Assembly (NCBI GenBank): GCA_025359845.1
Contig: JANYDT010000052.1
Coordinates: 8,325 to 72,324 of the forward strand
Source: Acidimicrobiia bacterium
Lineage (GTDB): Bacteria; Actinomycetota; Acidimicrobiia; Acidimicrobiales; JANYDT01
Direction of reading: 5' to 3'
Length of the DNA stretch: 64,000 bases
Within the stretch, counting starts at the first letter, position 1; the number at the start of each line of letters is the position of its first letter. The notes under the pieces were generated by a model. That model did no database searches. It was not told the DNA's origin and saw nothing but the letters and a program-made list of their open reading frames with translations. Shown here in pieces: positions 20,341-29,288 of this stretch. The position numbers and the translations under genes were made by a program.

Positions 20341-21282
20341 GTGCCGCTCCTCCTCCAACGATTGTTTGACGCGTTGTCGAACGGGGCCGTGTACGCCGCG
20401 TTGGCGGTCGCGCTGACCATCGTGTACCGCAGCTCGTCGATGCTCAATTTCGCGCTCGGAGAAATGTCGATGGTGGCGACGTTTGGGGCCCTCATCTTGT
20501 CGTCGAAGCGCACGCGTCTACTGCCCGGCACCACGTGGGCGACCGAGAAGCTACACACGCCTTGGCCGTTCTGGATCGTGATTCTGGTTGTCATGGGGGC
20601 GGCGATGGTGGTGGGAATGATTGTGGAACGCGTCTTCGTGCGGCTTGCGGAACGGCGCTCGGCTATGGCCGTTGTCAGCGTTACCCTCGGCGTGGGCATG
20701 CTCTTCAACGGACTGGCCAGCCAGCAGTACGGTTCGCGCTTCTACTCGTTTCCCACCCCCTTTCCGAAGGGCCCTCGGGCCCGATGGAAGATCGGCGGGG
20801 CATCACTCAGATTCGAAACCGTCGGAACCGCAGGTGTCTTGCTCGGGGTGCTCGCCCTGTTGTGGTTGGTGCAGCGACGAACCAAGATAGGACTGGGTTT
20901 TCGGGCCGTCGCAGCGAACCGTTCGAGCGCCGAGCTAGCGGGAATTCCGGTCAATCGGGTGCTCGCCTTGGGCTGGGGAACGGCCGGCGCGTTGGGCGCA
21001 TTGGCTGGTGTTCTGGTGTCGAACAGCACACTGGTTTCGAGCACCATGATGACGCGGTTGTTGGTGTTTGCCTTGGCCGCCGCCACCGTCGGTGGACTCG
21101 AAAGCCCGGCCGGCGCGGCGCTCGGCGGGCTCCTGCTGGCCCTGCTCGAAACGATGCTGGGTGGCTACGTGCCTTCGATCGGTGGCGAGTTCAGTCTCGT
21201 GGCGGCCATCACCGTGTTGCTGATCGTGTTGGTCGTCCGCCCGAGCGGGCTGTTCGGACGAGCCAACGTGGGACGGCTGTGA
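20341..21282 (+). CDS. livH: Branched-chain amino acid ABC transporter permease (LivH-type)
   Basis: LLQRLFDALSNGAVYAALAVALTIVYRSS...AANRSSAELAGIPVNRV. The start is uncertain; I chose the GTG at 20341. Confidence 0.8.
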   Translation: MPLLLQRLFDALSNGAVYAALAVALTIVYRSSSMLNFALGEMSMVATFGALILSSKRTRLLPGTTWATEKLHTPWPFWIVILVVMGAAMVVGMIVERVFVRLAERRSAMAVVSVTLGVGMLFNGLASQQYGSRFYSFPTPFPKGPRARWKIGGASLRFETVGTAGVLLGVLALLWLVQRRTKIGLGFRAVAANRSSAELAGIPVNRVLALGWGTAGALGALAGVLVSNSTLVSSTMMTRLLVFALAAATVGGLESPAGAALGGLLLALLETMLGGYVPSIGGEFSLVAAITVLLIVLVVRPSGLFGRANVGRL

Positions 21283-22325
21283 AGGCACTCGACGGCGAAG
21301 TGGCGGTCGAGGTAGCGATGGCCGTCGACCCGCACCGGTCGATCGACCGAAAGATGTCGAACCTCCTGAAATCGTCGCGACAACGCCTATGGCCGGTGGG
21401 TTCTGCAATCGCATTGCTCCTTTCGGCCTTCGTGGTTCCGCAGTTGCGACTGGGGATGGCCAGCGACGTAGTCACGTACGCGGTCGCCGTCCTGGGCCTC
21501 AACCTGTTCGTCGGATACACCGGACAGATTTCACTCGGCCACGGCGCCTTCATCGGGCTCGGCGCGTACACAACGGTGATCTTGTCAGCCGATCACCACT
21601 GGCCGCTTGTCGCTACGGTCCCTGCGTCCGCGTTGCTCGCCTTCGCCGTCGGGGTGATCATCGGCGTGCCATCGCTGCGCATTCGCGGCCTCTATTTGGC
21701 GCTGCTCACCCTCGGGTTGGGCGCCGCGTTCGGGCCGATCGTGAAGCGGCTCGATCACCTCACCGGGGGTACCAACGGCAAGGGCAGCCACGCCACTGTC
21801 GTCGCCCCCACCTGGTTCGGCGAGAGCCGCATCGCCACCGCCCGATGGAGCTATCTCACTATCGCGTTGATCGCCGCGATTATGTTCGCGCTTGCTCGCA
21901 ATCTGGTCAACGGACGGGTAGGTAGGGCATTGGCGGCGATCCGGGAGAACGACCTGAGCGCGGTCACATTCGGCGTCAGCGTGAATCGTTACAAGGTCGC
22001 CATGTTCGGCGTCAGCGCGGCCGTCGCGGCTGTGGCTGGATCGATGTTCATGATCCAGCACCCTTACGCGCTCGACTCAAACTACTCACAACAGTTGTCG
22101 ATCGTGCTTTACACCGCGGCGTTCATCGGCGGCGTCGGAACCATCTGGGGTTCGGTCGTGGGGGGCGCGGTCATCGTGTCGGTGCCATTCGCATTCGAAA
22201 AGCTGGGTTTCAGCCTGGATCCTAATCTCGTTTATGGGTTCGCACTCGTAGCCATCACCTTGTTCGCGCCAGACGGCATCGCAGGAAGTGTGCGAGCGTT
22301 GCGGGTTCGTAGGCGCGCCAGGTGA
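21279..22325 (+). CDS. livM: Branched-chain amino acid ABC transporter permease (LivM-type)
   Basis: LNLFVGYTGQISLGHGAFIGLGAY...RENDLSAVTFGVSVNRYK. The start is either GTG 21279 (GTGA overlap) or ATG 21354. Confidence 0.8.
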   Translation: MKALDGEVAVEVAMAVDPHRSIDRKMSNLLKSSRQRLWPVGSAIALLLSAFVVPQLRLGMASDVVTYAVAVLGLNLFVGYTGQISLGHGAFIGLGAYTTVILSADHHWPLVATVPASALLAFAVGVIIGVPSLRIRGLYLALLTLGLGAAFGPIVKRLDHLTGGTNGKGSHATVVAPTWFGESRIATARWSYLTIALIAAIMFALARNLVNGRVGRALAAIRENDLSAVTFGVSVNRYKVAMFGVSAAVAAVAGSMFMIQHPYALDSNYSQQLSIVLYTAAFIGGVGTIWGSVVGGAVIVSVPFAFEKLGFSLDPNLVYGFALVAITLFAPDGIAGSVRALRVRRRAR

Positions 22326-23128
22326 TCGGCCTCATTCTCATCGACATCGACGGCACCCTCGTGGGGGCCCGAAACCAGGTACCGCCGGGCTCGTGGACGG
22401 CCATCGCCGCGGCCCAAGCATCGGGGCGCAAAGTCGCGCTGTGCACCGGACGGCCGTGCGCCGGCAACGCTGTTGCGTACGCACGGCGCGTCGATCCTCT
22501 CGCTGCCCACGTGTTTCAGTCGGGTGCCGTCGTTTGCCGCCCCGACGGGCACACGGTTCATTCCGTCGCACTCCCACCGCTCAGTTATGCCCGGCTTGTC
22601 GGACTGGCCCGCGCCCACGATCAGCCACTGGAGGTATACACCGCGACCTCGGTGTACGTGGAGCGCCCGAATGAACATACGCGGGCCCATGCCCAGGCCA
22701 TCGACCTGGACGTGATCGAGGGCGATCTACTTGCGCTGCCCGGTGACGAAACGATCGTACGGGTGCAGTGGATCGTGGCCTGGGCCCATTGGCCGATCAT
22801 CGAGGCGCTCACCGCGCAAGACACGGCGCTGCAAATCAGCGTGGCCACGCATCCCGACTTGGTCGAGACATGTTTTTCCAGTGTGACGGCTCGGGGCGTG
22901 AGCAAAGCCAGCGCGGCTGCGTGGCTGGCCACCCACTACGGTCTCGGGCTCGAAAACGTGGCCATGATCGGTGACGGCGATAACGACCTCGAAGGGATCC
23001 AGGCGGCCGGTCTTGGCATCGCCATGGGCAACGGCACCGAAACGGTGCGACGGGCCGCCAATCTGGTGGTGGCCACGCTGAATCATGGAGGGTTGGCGGA
23101 GGCCATCGAAGCGGCCCTGGCTTGGTAG
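22322..23128 (+). CDS. HAD-superfamily hydrolase, Cof-type
   Basis: ILIDIDGTLV motif I and GDGDNDLEG motif IV. GTGA overlap with the livM stop. Confidence 0.85.
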   Translation: MIGLILIDIDGTLVGARNQVPPGSWTAIAAAQASGRKVALCTGRPCAGNAVAYARRVDPLAAHVFQSGAVVCRPDGHTVHSVALPPLSYARLVGLARAHDQPLEVYTATSVYVERPNEHTRAHAQAIDLDVIEGDLLALPGDETIVRVQWIVAWAHWPIIEALTAQDTALQISVATHPDLVETCFSSVTARGVSKASAAAWLATHYGLGLENVAMIGDGDNDLEGIQAAGLGIAMGNGTETVRRAANLVVATLNHGGLAEAIEAALAW

Positions 23129-23132
23129 AACT

Positions 23133-23408
23133 TCAGTGTTCGTCTACAAGGGTCCCAATGTGGATGATCACGATTCCTGTACCGATCGGCGCGAGCCACA
23201 CAACGTATTCGGTGCCCGTGACCCAATAGTGGAAGAACTTTTCGTCATCGATGAGATCCTCGTGCCCAACGTAGGTCAGCCCGGAGTCGTACCAGCCTTG
23301 ACTTTCGAGCAGATCAATCGAATCCGCGATCGCCTTCGCCCCGGCCAAGTCGAGGCCCATGATCCGCGCGAGGCCGCGTTGTGCCTCATCAGTCAAGGCC
23401 ACCTCCAC
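23133..23408 (-). CDS. Small protein with a RelE/ParE-toxin-like sequence pattern (tentative)
   Basis: 91 aa. VALTDEAQRGLARI...AKAIADSIDLL...FFHYWVTGTEYVVWLAPIGTGIVIIHIG resembles the toxin beta-sheet core. GC is about 54% in my hand count of its first 200 nt. Confidence 0.45.
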   Translation of the reverse strand: MEVALTDEAQRGLARIMGLDLAGAKAIADSIDLLESQGWYDSGLTYVGHEDLIDDEKFFHYWVTGTEYVVWLAPIGTGIVIIHIGTLVDEH

Positions 23409-23499
23409 ATGCCGAAGCTAACATGTCGACGTTCCATTCGCGTCGTTGGCGCGTTGTGTCATATGGCCCGACGGGAGGACAGTCTGTTACAGTCGGTCC

Positions 23500-23781
23500 A
23501 TGCCATCGGAAGCGATTGTCGAAATCGATGCCCGTAAGCGCGTGAGCTTGGCGAGGGCCGGCGATGAGCTATCGCAGCGATACGCAATGTCGGTCGCGGG
23601 CGACGGCACGATCACGCTTACGCCAGTCGTTGTGTTGACTCAACGCGAACTCGCGATGCTCAAGAATCCCGATTTGATGAAGCGCATTCGGACGGGGCTC
23701 GGACAAGCAAGCCGGGGCGAGACCAGGCCCTGGTCCGAAGTGAAGCGGTCTGTAGAAGCAGTCTCGATTCCCGTCAAGTAG
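23500..23781 (+). CDS. AbrB/MazE/SpoVT-type antitoxin-like DNA-binding protein (tentative)
   Basis: MPSEAIVEIDARKRVSLARAG...DGTITLTPVVVLTQRELAMLKNPDLMKRIRTGLGQASRGE. The ATG at 23500 is inferred. The gene is divergent from the RelE-like gene. Confidence 0.5.
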   Translation: MPSEAIVEIDARKRVSLARAGDELSQRYAMSVAGDGTITLTPVVVLTQRELAMLKNPDLMKRIRTGLGQASRGETRPWSEVKRSVEAVSIPVK

Positions 23782-23850
23782 AACGCCCGTGACTGCACCA
23801 GATCGGTCGATGGCACGAACGCCATCAACGTGCGATCGAACACGCCAACC

Positions 23851-24528
23851 TCAGACCCTTACCGGCGGCTCGTTCGAGACCGAGTGCAAGAACCTCTCGT
23901 CCGGCGTACGCAGGATCGCTTCGTAACGCTCCGGTGAGTACGCCATGTGCGGTTTGGTCGGGTCGTTGGCCGGTTGCGGGACGGGCTTGGCCGGGCGCTT
24001 GTAGTCGGCCGGGGTGACGTAATTGGCGACCTCCTCGTCGCTGATACCGGCGAGCGCCTGCACCTCGGGGTCGATCCACGCCCGCGCGTCGATGTTGCTC
24101 CCCGTAGCCACTTCGAGGCTCAGACCCTCGGGCCCGGCGAAGTAAATCGAGTGGCACAAGCCGTGGTCCATCGGGCCCAGAACGACCACGCCGCGCGAAC
24201 GAATGCGGTCGCGCATCTCGTACAGTTCTTCAAGCGAATCGACGCTGAACGCGACGTGCTGCATGGTGCCGGCCGGCACCGGTCCGGCGCCGCTGCCGGC
24301 GTGAGTAACGCCCAACTCATAGCGGTCGGAGTTCTCGGGGTGCTGCACGAAGGCCACATAGCTCGACCCATTCAGTTCCACGAATCCATGAAACGTGTTC
24401 TCGACGCCGTGCATCCAGTAGAGAGCCTTCAGCTCGGCGCCGAGCACGTCGGTGAAGAACTCGATCTGCTTCTTGATGTCGCGGGTCGATAACGCCAGAT
24501 GATGAACGCCATTGGGATGCAGGGTCAT
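23851..24528 (-). CDS. VOC (glyoxalase/bleomycin resistance/extradiol dioxygenase) family protein
   Basis: VHHLALSTRDIKKQIEFFTDVLG...MQHVAFSVDSLEEL...HSIYFAGPEGLSLEVA. Confidence 0.8.
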   Translation of the reverse strand: MTLHPNGVHHLALSTRDIKKQIEFFTDVLGAELKALYWMHGVENTFHGFVELNGSSYVAFVQHPENSDRYELGVTHAGSGAGPVPAGTMQHVAFSVDSLEELYEMRDRIRSRGVVVLGPMDHGLCHSIYFAGPEGLSLEVATGSNIDARAWIDPEVQALAGISDEEVANYVTPADYKRPAKPVPQPANDPTKPHMAYSPERYEAILRTPDERFLHSVSNEPPVRV

Positions 24529-24557
24529 CGTGAGTCCTTCAGTTCGGGCCGGGGCGT

Positions 24558-25946
24558 CTACCTCGGATCACGGTGAACGATACGTCCACCGACCATGGTC
24601 ATGACAACCGAGGGCTGAAGCGACCCTAGGACGGCGGCCATCGGGCGGTCGAGCATGCACAGATCGGCCGCCTCGCCGATGGCGATCCTGCGCACCGGAC
24701 CGCCCGGCGAATCGGGCGACGACAGAAACAAGTCCATGGCCGCTCGGGCACCGATCCGTTCATGCGGTCCGACCGGGCGCCCATCGGGAGCGACCCTGGC
24801 GACGGCGGCGCGCATGGTTGCCCAAGGGTCGGGACGCCCGAACGGTGCGTCGGTGCTGCCGCCCACACGCGTTCCGGCGGCCAACAACGAGCCGCACGGA
24901 TACAGGTGATCGAGGTCGGCCGGGTCAACCTCGTCGAGATAGCGATCACCGCGTTCGGCCACGAAGTTGGGCTGCGTCACGACCACGAGCCCGAGTTCGT
25001 GTACGCGGGCCGCCAGCTCCGCATCGATAATCGCGCCATGCTCGATTCGGTCGCCCTCCCGACTGCCGACTTCGTCCCAGGCCGCCAGCGCGAGGATGAG
25101 GGCGACCCGCGTCACGCAGTGCACCGCCACCGCCCGTTCCTTTCGTCGGGCTACTCGCATGGCCGCCACCAGCTCATCGACCGTCGGAAGGGCGTGATCA
25201 CCAACCACGATTTTGGCGGGGCCGACCTGCAACCCTTGCGGGACCCGGCTCACATCGAGGGGCGGCGCCCCCATCACCATCACACGTTGCGGTACAGCAC
25301 CGGCCAAGACCATGACGTCGTCGATCGACTCGTATGGGGTCGCGTCGGTTACCCCGGTAACGCCGAAGCCGGCCAGTAGCGCGCCGACCGGCGCGAGGTC
25401 GAGCGAGCCCTCCGACCAGCGCGAACGCAGCTGTGTGTCGAGGCCCCGAACCCGACCAGTGGGGCGATCGTGGTCGTCGCGTTCCACGCCAGGATGACGG
25501 ATCCCGTCGAGTTGCACCATCTCCACGGCCCGGCTGTTGAGCACCCACTCGACCCCTGAACGGTGTTGAACCCTCATCGGTCGGTCGGCGACGATGGCAT
25601 CCAATGCGTATCGATCGAGCGGTCCGACGACCGACTCATGATAACCGACGGCCCGGACCCAACCGACGCCCGGCCCCGATCTCAGGGCCGCCGATACCTC
25701 TTCCGGGGTCCGCCGAGAAGCACCGAGGTCGACCGACGCCAGGCTCGCGCCGAGCGCCGCAAGGTGCAGGTGATGATCGTGCAGGCCGGGCAACAACGCC
25801 GCGCCTCGCGCGTCGATAACTTCATCGGCTCGATCTGGGCGCGACGAGTCGAGCGACACGACGATCCCGTCGACGACTCGAACGCAGACGATCCGCCCAT
25901 CGAGATCGGCCCGGACGATGTTCACGCCTCCGGACGTGCGGTTCAT
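24558..25946 (-). CDS. Amidohydrolase family protein (YtcJ-like)
   Basis: LLPGLHDHHLHL metal-binding motif and GGSTDAPF. ATGA overlap with the stop of the upstream CoA-transferase. Confidence 0.8.
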   Translation of the reverse strand: MNRTSGGVNIVRADLDGRIVCVRVVDGIVVSLDSSRPDRADEVIDARGAALLPGLHDHHLHLAALGASLASVDLGASRRTPEEVSAALRSGPGVGWVRAVGYHESVVGPLDRYALDAIVADRPMRVQHRSGVEWVLNSRAVEMVQLDGIRHPGVERDDHDRPTGRVRGLDTQLRSRWSEGSLDLAPVGALLAGFGVTGVTDATPYESIDDVMVLAGAVPQRVMVMGAPPLDVSRVPQGLQVGPAKIVVGDHALPTVDELVAAMRVARRKERAVAVHCVTRVALILALAAWDEVGSREGDRIEHGAIIDAELAARVHELGLVVVTQPNFVAERGDRYLDEVDPADLDHLYPCGSLLAAGTRVGGSTDAPFGRPDPWATMRAAVARVAPDGRPVGPHERIGARAAMDLFLSSPDSPGGPVRRIAIGEAADLCMLDRPMAAVLGSLQPSVVMTMVGGRIVHRDPR

Positions 25947-27067
25947 CGCGCGAACCACGCGGCCACGCGGGCCATCGCCACGTCGAGCACGCCACCCTGG
26001 CCTGTGGCCCACGCCCGCCGAGCAGCCAGCGCGGCCGTCATGCCCGTGAGCGGATCGGCGATCGCGTCAGCCAGAAAGCAGGGCCCTTGCTCGTCATAGG
26101 CGACCAGCCCGCCGGCCACCGCGGCGTCGTCGCCAAAGGCAATCCGGTTCCGTCCTGGCCCGGATCGACCATGTCCGGTGATGGAAACCCACACCTGGTT
26201 TGGCTTCGCGGTGATGCCCAGCTGCTCGAGGGCACGCGGTCGGGAGGCCTCGATCACCACGTCAGCGGCGCCGACCGCGCGTCGCAACGCGTTGAGGTCA
26301 ACGGCGTCGGCAAAGTCGAGGCGGAGCTGGCGGTGACCGGCGTGCAGCGCCGCGAAGAACCCGGGCGGCCCCTGCCGAGCCCCATCCGGGCGGCCCGTGC
26401 TCTCAACCTTCACGACCTCGAAACCCGAGACACCGAGCAGATGGGCGCACACGGGACCGGCCCACAACGACGAAAGATCGGCGACGAGCGGACGATCCCG
26501 CTGGGGCCGGTCGACACCGCTCGGGCTCCATTCCACGGCTGGCACTCCATCGGTCGCCCAATCCAGCGCGGTTTCGCCGATGGAGGCGAGGGCCAGGCCA
26601 AGCAGCGCGCCCCGCTCGACCAGCGCCGCGATGGCCCGCGTCGAGGCAAGGTGTTCGATAGTGATCCACGGATCGGCCTGAGCGGCTCCATCGAAGTCCG
26701 ACTCGAACAACGCCGGCAACAGTTCTCGGTCGTCCGGGCGGGCCAGCGAGAGCGCAAGCCATCCATCGCGAGTCGCTACCAGGCGGGTGGCCCCTCCGCA
26801 ACTCTGCGGACTCCGGCGGGTCAGTCCGCCATAGCCGGCCCGAGTGCTCAGCAGGCGGAAGGCGTCGATGCCGAGACGGTCGCCGATCGCCGCAATCCGG
26901 GGCGCCACCTGCGATGGCGGCGCGACTGGTGGCCGGTCGGCGCGTCCCGTCAGGGCCAACGCCCCCCCGAGCACCCACCCCTCGTCGGCTCGCTGCTGCT
27001 CGACGAACAGACCGCTGCCTTCTGGTGCGCCGAGGTCACCCAAGAGCGATCTGAGGTCGACGAGCAT
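25943..27067 (-). CDS. CoA transferase, family III (CaiB/BaiF-like)
   Basis: DLSSLWAGPVCAHLLGVSGFEVVKVESTGRPDGAR. I chose the ATG at 27067. The listed N-terminal extension is antisense to the crotonase gene. Confidence 0.8.
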   Translation of the reverse strand: MLVDLRSLLGDLGAPEGSGLFVEQQRADEGWVLGGALALTGRADRPPVAPPSQVAPRIAAIGDRLGIDAFRLLSTRAGYGGLTRRSPQSCGGATRLVATRDGWLALSLARPDDRELLPALFESDFDGAAQADPWITIEHLASTRAIAALVERGALLGLALASIGETALDWATDGVPAVEWSPSGVDRPQRDRPLVADLSSLWAGPVCAHLLGVSGFEVVKVESTGRPDGARQGPPGFFAALHAGHRQLRLDFADAVDLNALRRAVGAADVVIEASRPRALEQLGITAKPNQVWVSITGHGRSGPGRNRIAFGDDAAVAGGLVAYDEQGPCFLADAIADPLTGMTAALAARRAWATGQGGVLDVAMARVAAWFAR

Positions 27068-27112
27068 GACTCCGATCGTAGGATCCGCTCGTACCCGGTA
27101 GCGTCGCGCGAC

Positions 27113-28153
27113 GTGGGCACTTGGCCGTGGCGAGAACTCGACATCGACGAGCTCGTGACCGTGCTCGCCGATCCCATGGCCAGCGAATCCCTCTCGCCCC
27201 TTTTGGGCCAACCGGCCTGCCTGGTGCACCGAGGCGACCGCAACCCCGAAACGGCGCCACCCACACCGGCGACGCTGGACCGGATCGCGTCGCTTGCTTG
27301 CGTATTGGTCGGGGCGCCGGGCGAGGATTGGTCGGGGCCCACCAAAGAGTTGATCGATGTACTCCCCGACGATCCGGATGCGCTGATCGAGCCGATCGGC
27401 CAGCACCCCATTGGCGCAGTGGCCCTTACTCTGCTCCTTCGGGCCAGCGAACGACGCGGGATCGGCGACGGCCTCCACGCCGAGTCGAGCGTCTACTCGC
27501 TGCTTCAATCCGGCCCTGAGTTCGGTACGTGGCTGGCGGCCAGACGAATGCGCAAGTCGGCGCCGGCCCCGCCTCCCCCGGGGTCAGAATCGCCGGGGTC
27601 AGAATCGGGAGAACCGGTGGTCTTGGTCGAACGTGACGGCGACACGCTGAACATCACCCTCAATCGTCCATCCAAGCACAACGCGTTCAGCCGAGAGATA
27701 CGAGACGCATTGGCCGAAGCGCTGTCGATGGCCGTGAGTGACGAGTCGATCGTCGTCGCGTTACGAGGGGCCGGACCATCATTTTGTAGCGGCGGTGACC
27801 TTGACGAGTTTGGCTCTTTCGCCGACCCTGCGATAGCCCACCTCACGCGGTTGACCCGGTCACCGACGCGCGTCGCCGCCGAGTTGGCCACCCGGACGAC
27901 AGCCCATCTCCATGGCGCCTGCCTGGGGGCTGGGATCGAGATCACGGCCTTTGCCGCCACGATCGTGGCTCATCCTGGCGCTTACTTCGGCCTTCCCGAG
28001 ATCGGTCTCGGCCTGGTTCCAGGCGCGGGTGGAACGGTAAGCCTTCCCCGCCGCATCGGACGCCACCGCACCGCTCTCCTCGCGCTTACGGCCACACCTA
28101 TCGACGCCACGACAGCGTTCGCCTGGGGCCTCATCGATGAGATTCGAACATAA
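27113..28153 (+). CDS. Enoyl-CoA hydratase/isomerase (crotonase) family protein with a ~170-aa N-terminal extension
   Basis: C-terminal half: LNITLNRPSKHNAF...GAGPSFCSGGDL...HGACLGAGIEI...LPEIGLGLVPGAGGT. A GTG start at 27113 is inferred. The upstream part of the listed 688-aa ORF is an antisense shadow. Confidence 0.75.
   Translation: MGTWPWRELDIDELVTVLADPMASESLSPLLGQPACLVHRGDRNPETAPPTPATLDRIASLACVLVGAPGEDWSGPTKELIDVLPDDPDALIEPIGQHPIGAVALTLLLRASERRGIGDGLHAESSVYSLLQSGPEFGTWLAARRMRKSAPAPPPPGSESPGSESGEPVVLVERDGDTLNITLNRPSKHNAFSREIRDALAEALSMAVSDESIVVALRGAGPSFCSGGDLDEFGSFADPAIAHLTRLTRSPTRVAAELATRTTAHLHGACLGAGIEITAFAATIVAHPGAYFGLPEIGLGLVPGAGGTVSLPRRIGRHRTALLALTATPIDATTAFAWGLIDEIRT
27578..27607 (+). 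repeat. Perfect 15-nt tandem duplication (ccggggtcagaatcg x2), in frame, encoding PGSES-PGSES
   Basis: Direct reading of 27578-27592 and 27593-27607. Confidence 0.95.
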
Positions 28154-28193
28154 CCTACAAAGCCGACAGGAATAGTCGGGAATTAGTGCTACC

Positions 28194-29078
28194 GTGCACG
28201 GCATGCGCCCCGGACTTACGCTCGCAGGACTGGCCGCCGGCCTCGTCATCGGTCTCACGGGCATGGGCGGCGGCGCGCTCCTGACCCCGATGTTGGTCTT
28301 GCTCTTCGGCGTCGATCCCCTAGTGGCGGTCTCGAACGACATCGTCGTATCGCTAATTCTGAAGCCCATCGGGGGAGCCGTCCACTTGCGCCACGGCGAC
28401 GTGGATCGCCGCATCGTCGGGTGGCTGGCTTTGGGATCCGTTCCGGCCGCCTTTTCTGGAGTGTTGCTGCTCCACGCCATCGGCGGTCAACGCACGCACA
28501 TCCTCAGGCCGCTTCTGGGGTTCGTACTCTTCGTGGCCGCCGCCGCCATCGTGGTCAAAGAACTGCTGGGACGGGCCAAGGGCTCGGAGGCGCGGCCCAA
28601 CCTACGGGTCAAGCGAACAGTGGCGATTGGCGTCATTGGCGGACTCATGGTCGGGCTCACGTCGGTGGGCTCCGGGTCGCTCATGATCGTGTTGTTGATG
28701 ATGCTCTACCCCACCCTCGACGGGCGAGTACTGATCGGTACTGACCTGGTGCAAGCTATTCCCCTCGTGGCGTCCGCGGCGGCCGGCCACTTGATCTTCG
28801 GCGAGTTCCGCATGGCCATCGCCCTGCCGCTCCTACTCGGCGCGGTGCCTGGCGTCTACTTCGGAGCGCGGGTCAGCGCGCGGGCCAACAACCGTTGGCT
28901 TCGACCGCTCCTCGCTTTCGTCTTGACCGCTTCTGCGTTGAAGTTGCTTAATATCAGCGGTCCGAGGTTCGCGGCTGGACTGGTCGCAGCTACGGCGCTT
29001 ATCGGCGTGGCTGCGGTGCGGACCGGACGGGCGGCGCGCGTCAGCCGTGCGGCGGGCGTGAGCGTGCTCGTCAGTTGA
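28194..29078 (+). CDS. Sulfite exporter TauE/SafE (DUF81) family membrane protein
   Basis: GLTGMGGGALLTPMLVLLFG and multiple TM segments. Confidence 0.85.
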   Translation: MHGMRPGLTLAGLAAGLVIGLTGMGGGALLTPMLVLLFGVDPLVAVSNDIVVSLILKPIGGAVHLRHGDVDRRIVGWLALGSVPAAFSGVLLLHAIGGQRTHILRPLLGFVLFVAAAAIVVKELLGRAKGSEARPNLRVKRTVAIGVIGGLMVGLTSVGSGSLMIVLLMMLYPTLDGRVLIGTDLVQAIPLVASAAAGHLIFGEFRMAIALPLLLGAVPGVYFGARVSARANNRWLRPLLAFVLTASALKLLNISGPRFAAGLVAATALIGVAAVRTGRAARVSRAAGVSVLVS

Positions 29079-29288
29079 GACCCGAAGACACGTGAATCCG
29101 AAGACGCCGCGAGGGCCGCCCGACAGACTCGGTACTTTGCGGGTGACCGCTAACGTCCGCAACAAGCCTACGCTTCGTCCCTTGCCACATTTGTCCTGGC
29201 AGCGCCGCTGCCGGACGAGCGGTGGGTTTGTGGTGGAAGCACTAGGCTGGTAGCCGCATGGATTGTTTTCTCCGGAGAGGATGGCGCA

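Noticed and set aside
26087-27112. N-terminal two thirds of the listed 688-aa plus-strand ORF
   Set aside because: It is an antisense shadow of the CoA-transferase and amidohydrolase genes in high-GC DNA. Only the part from ~27113 onward looks like a real protein.
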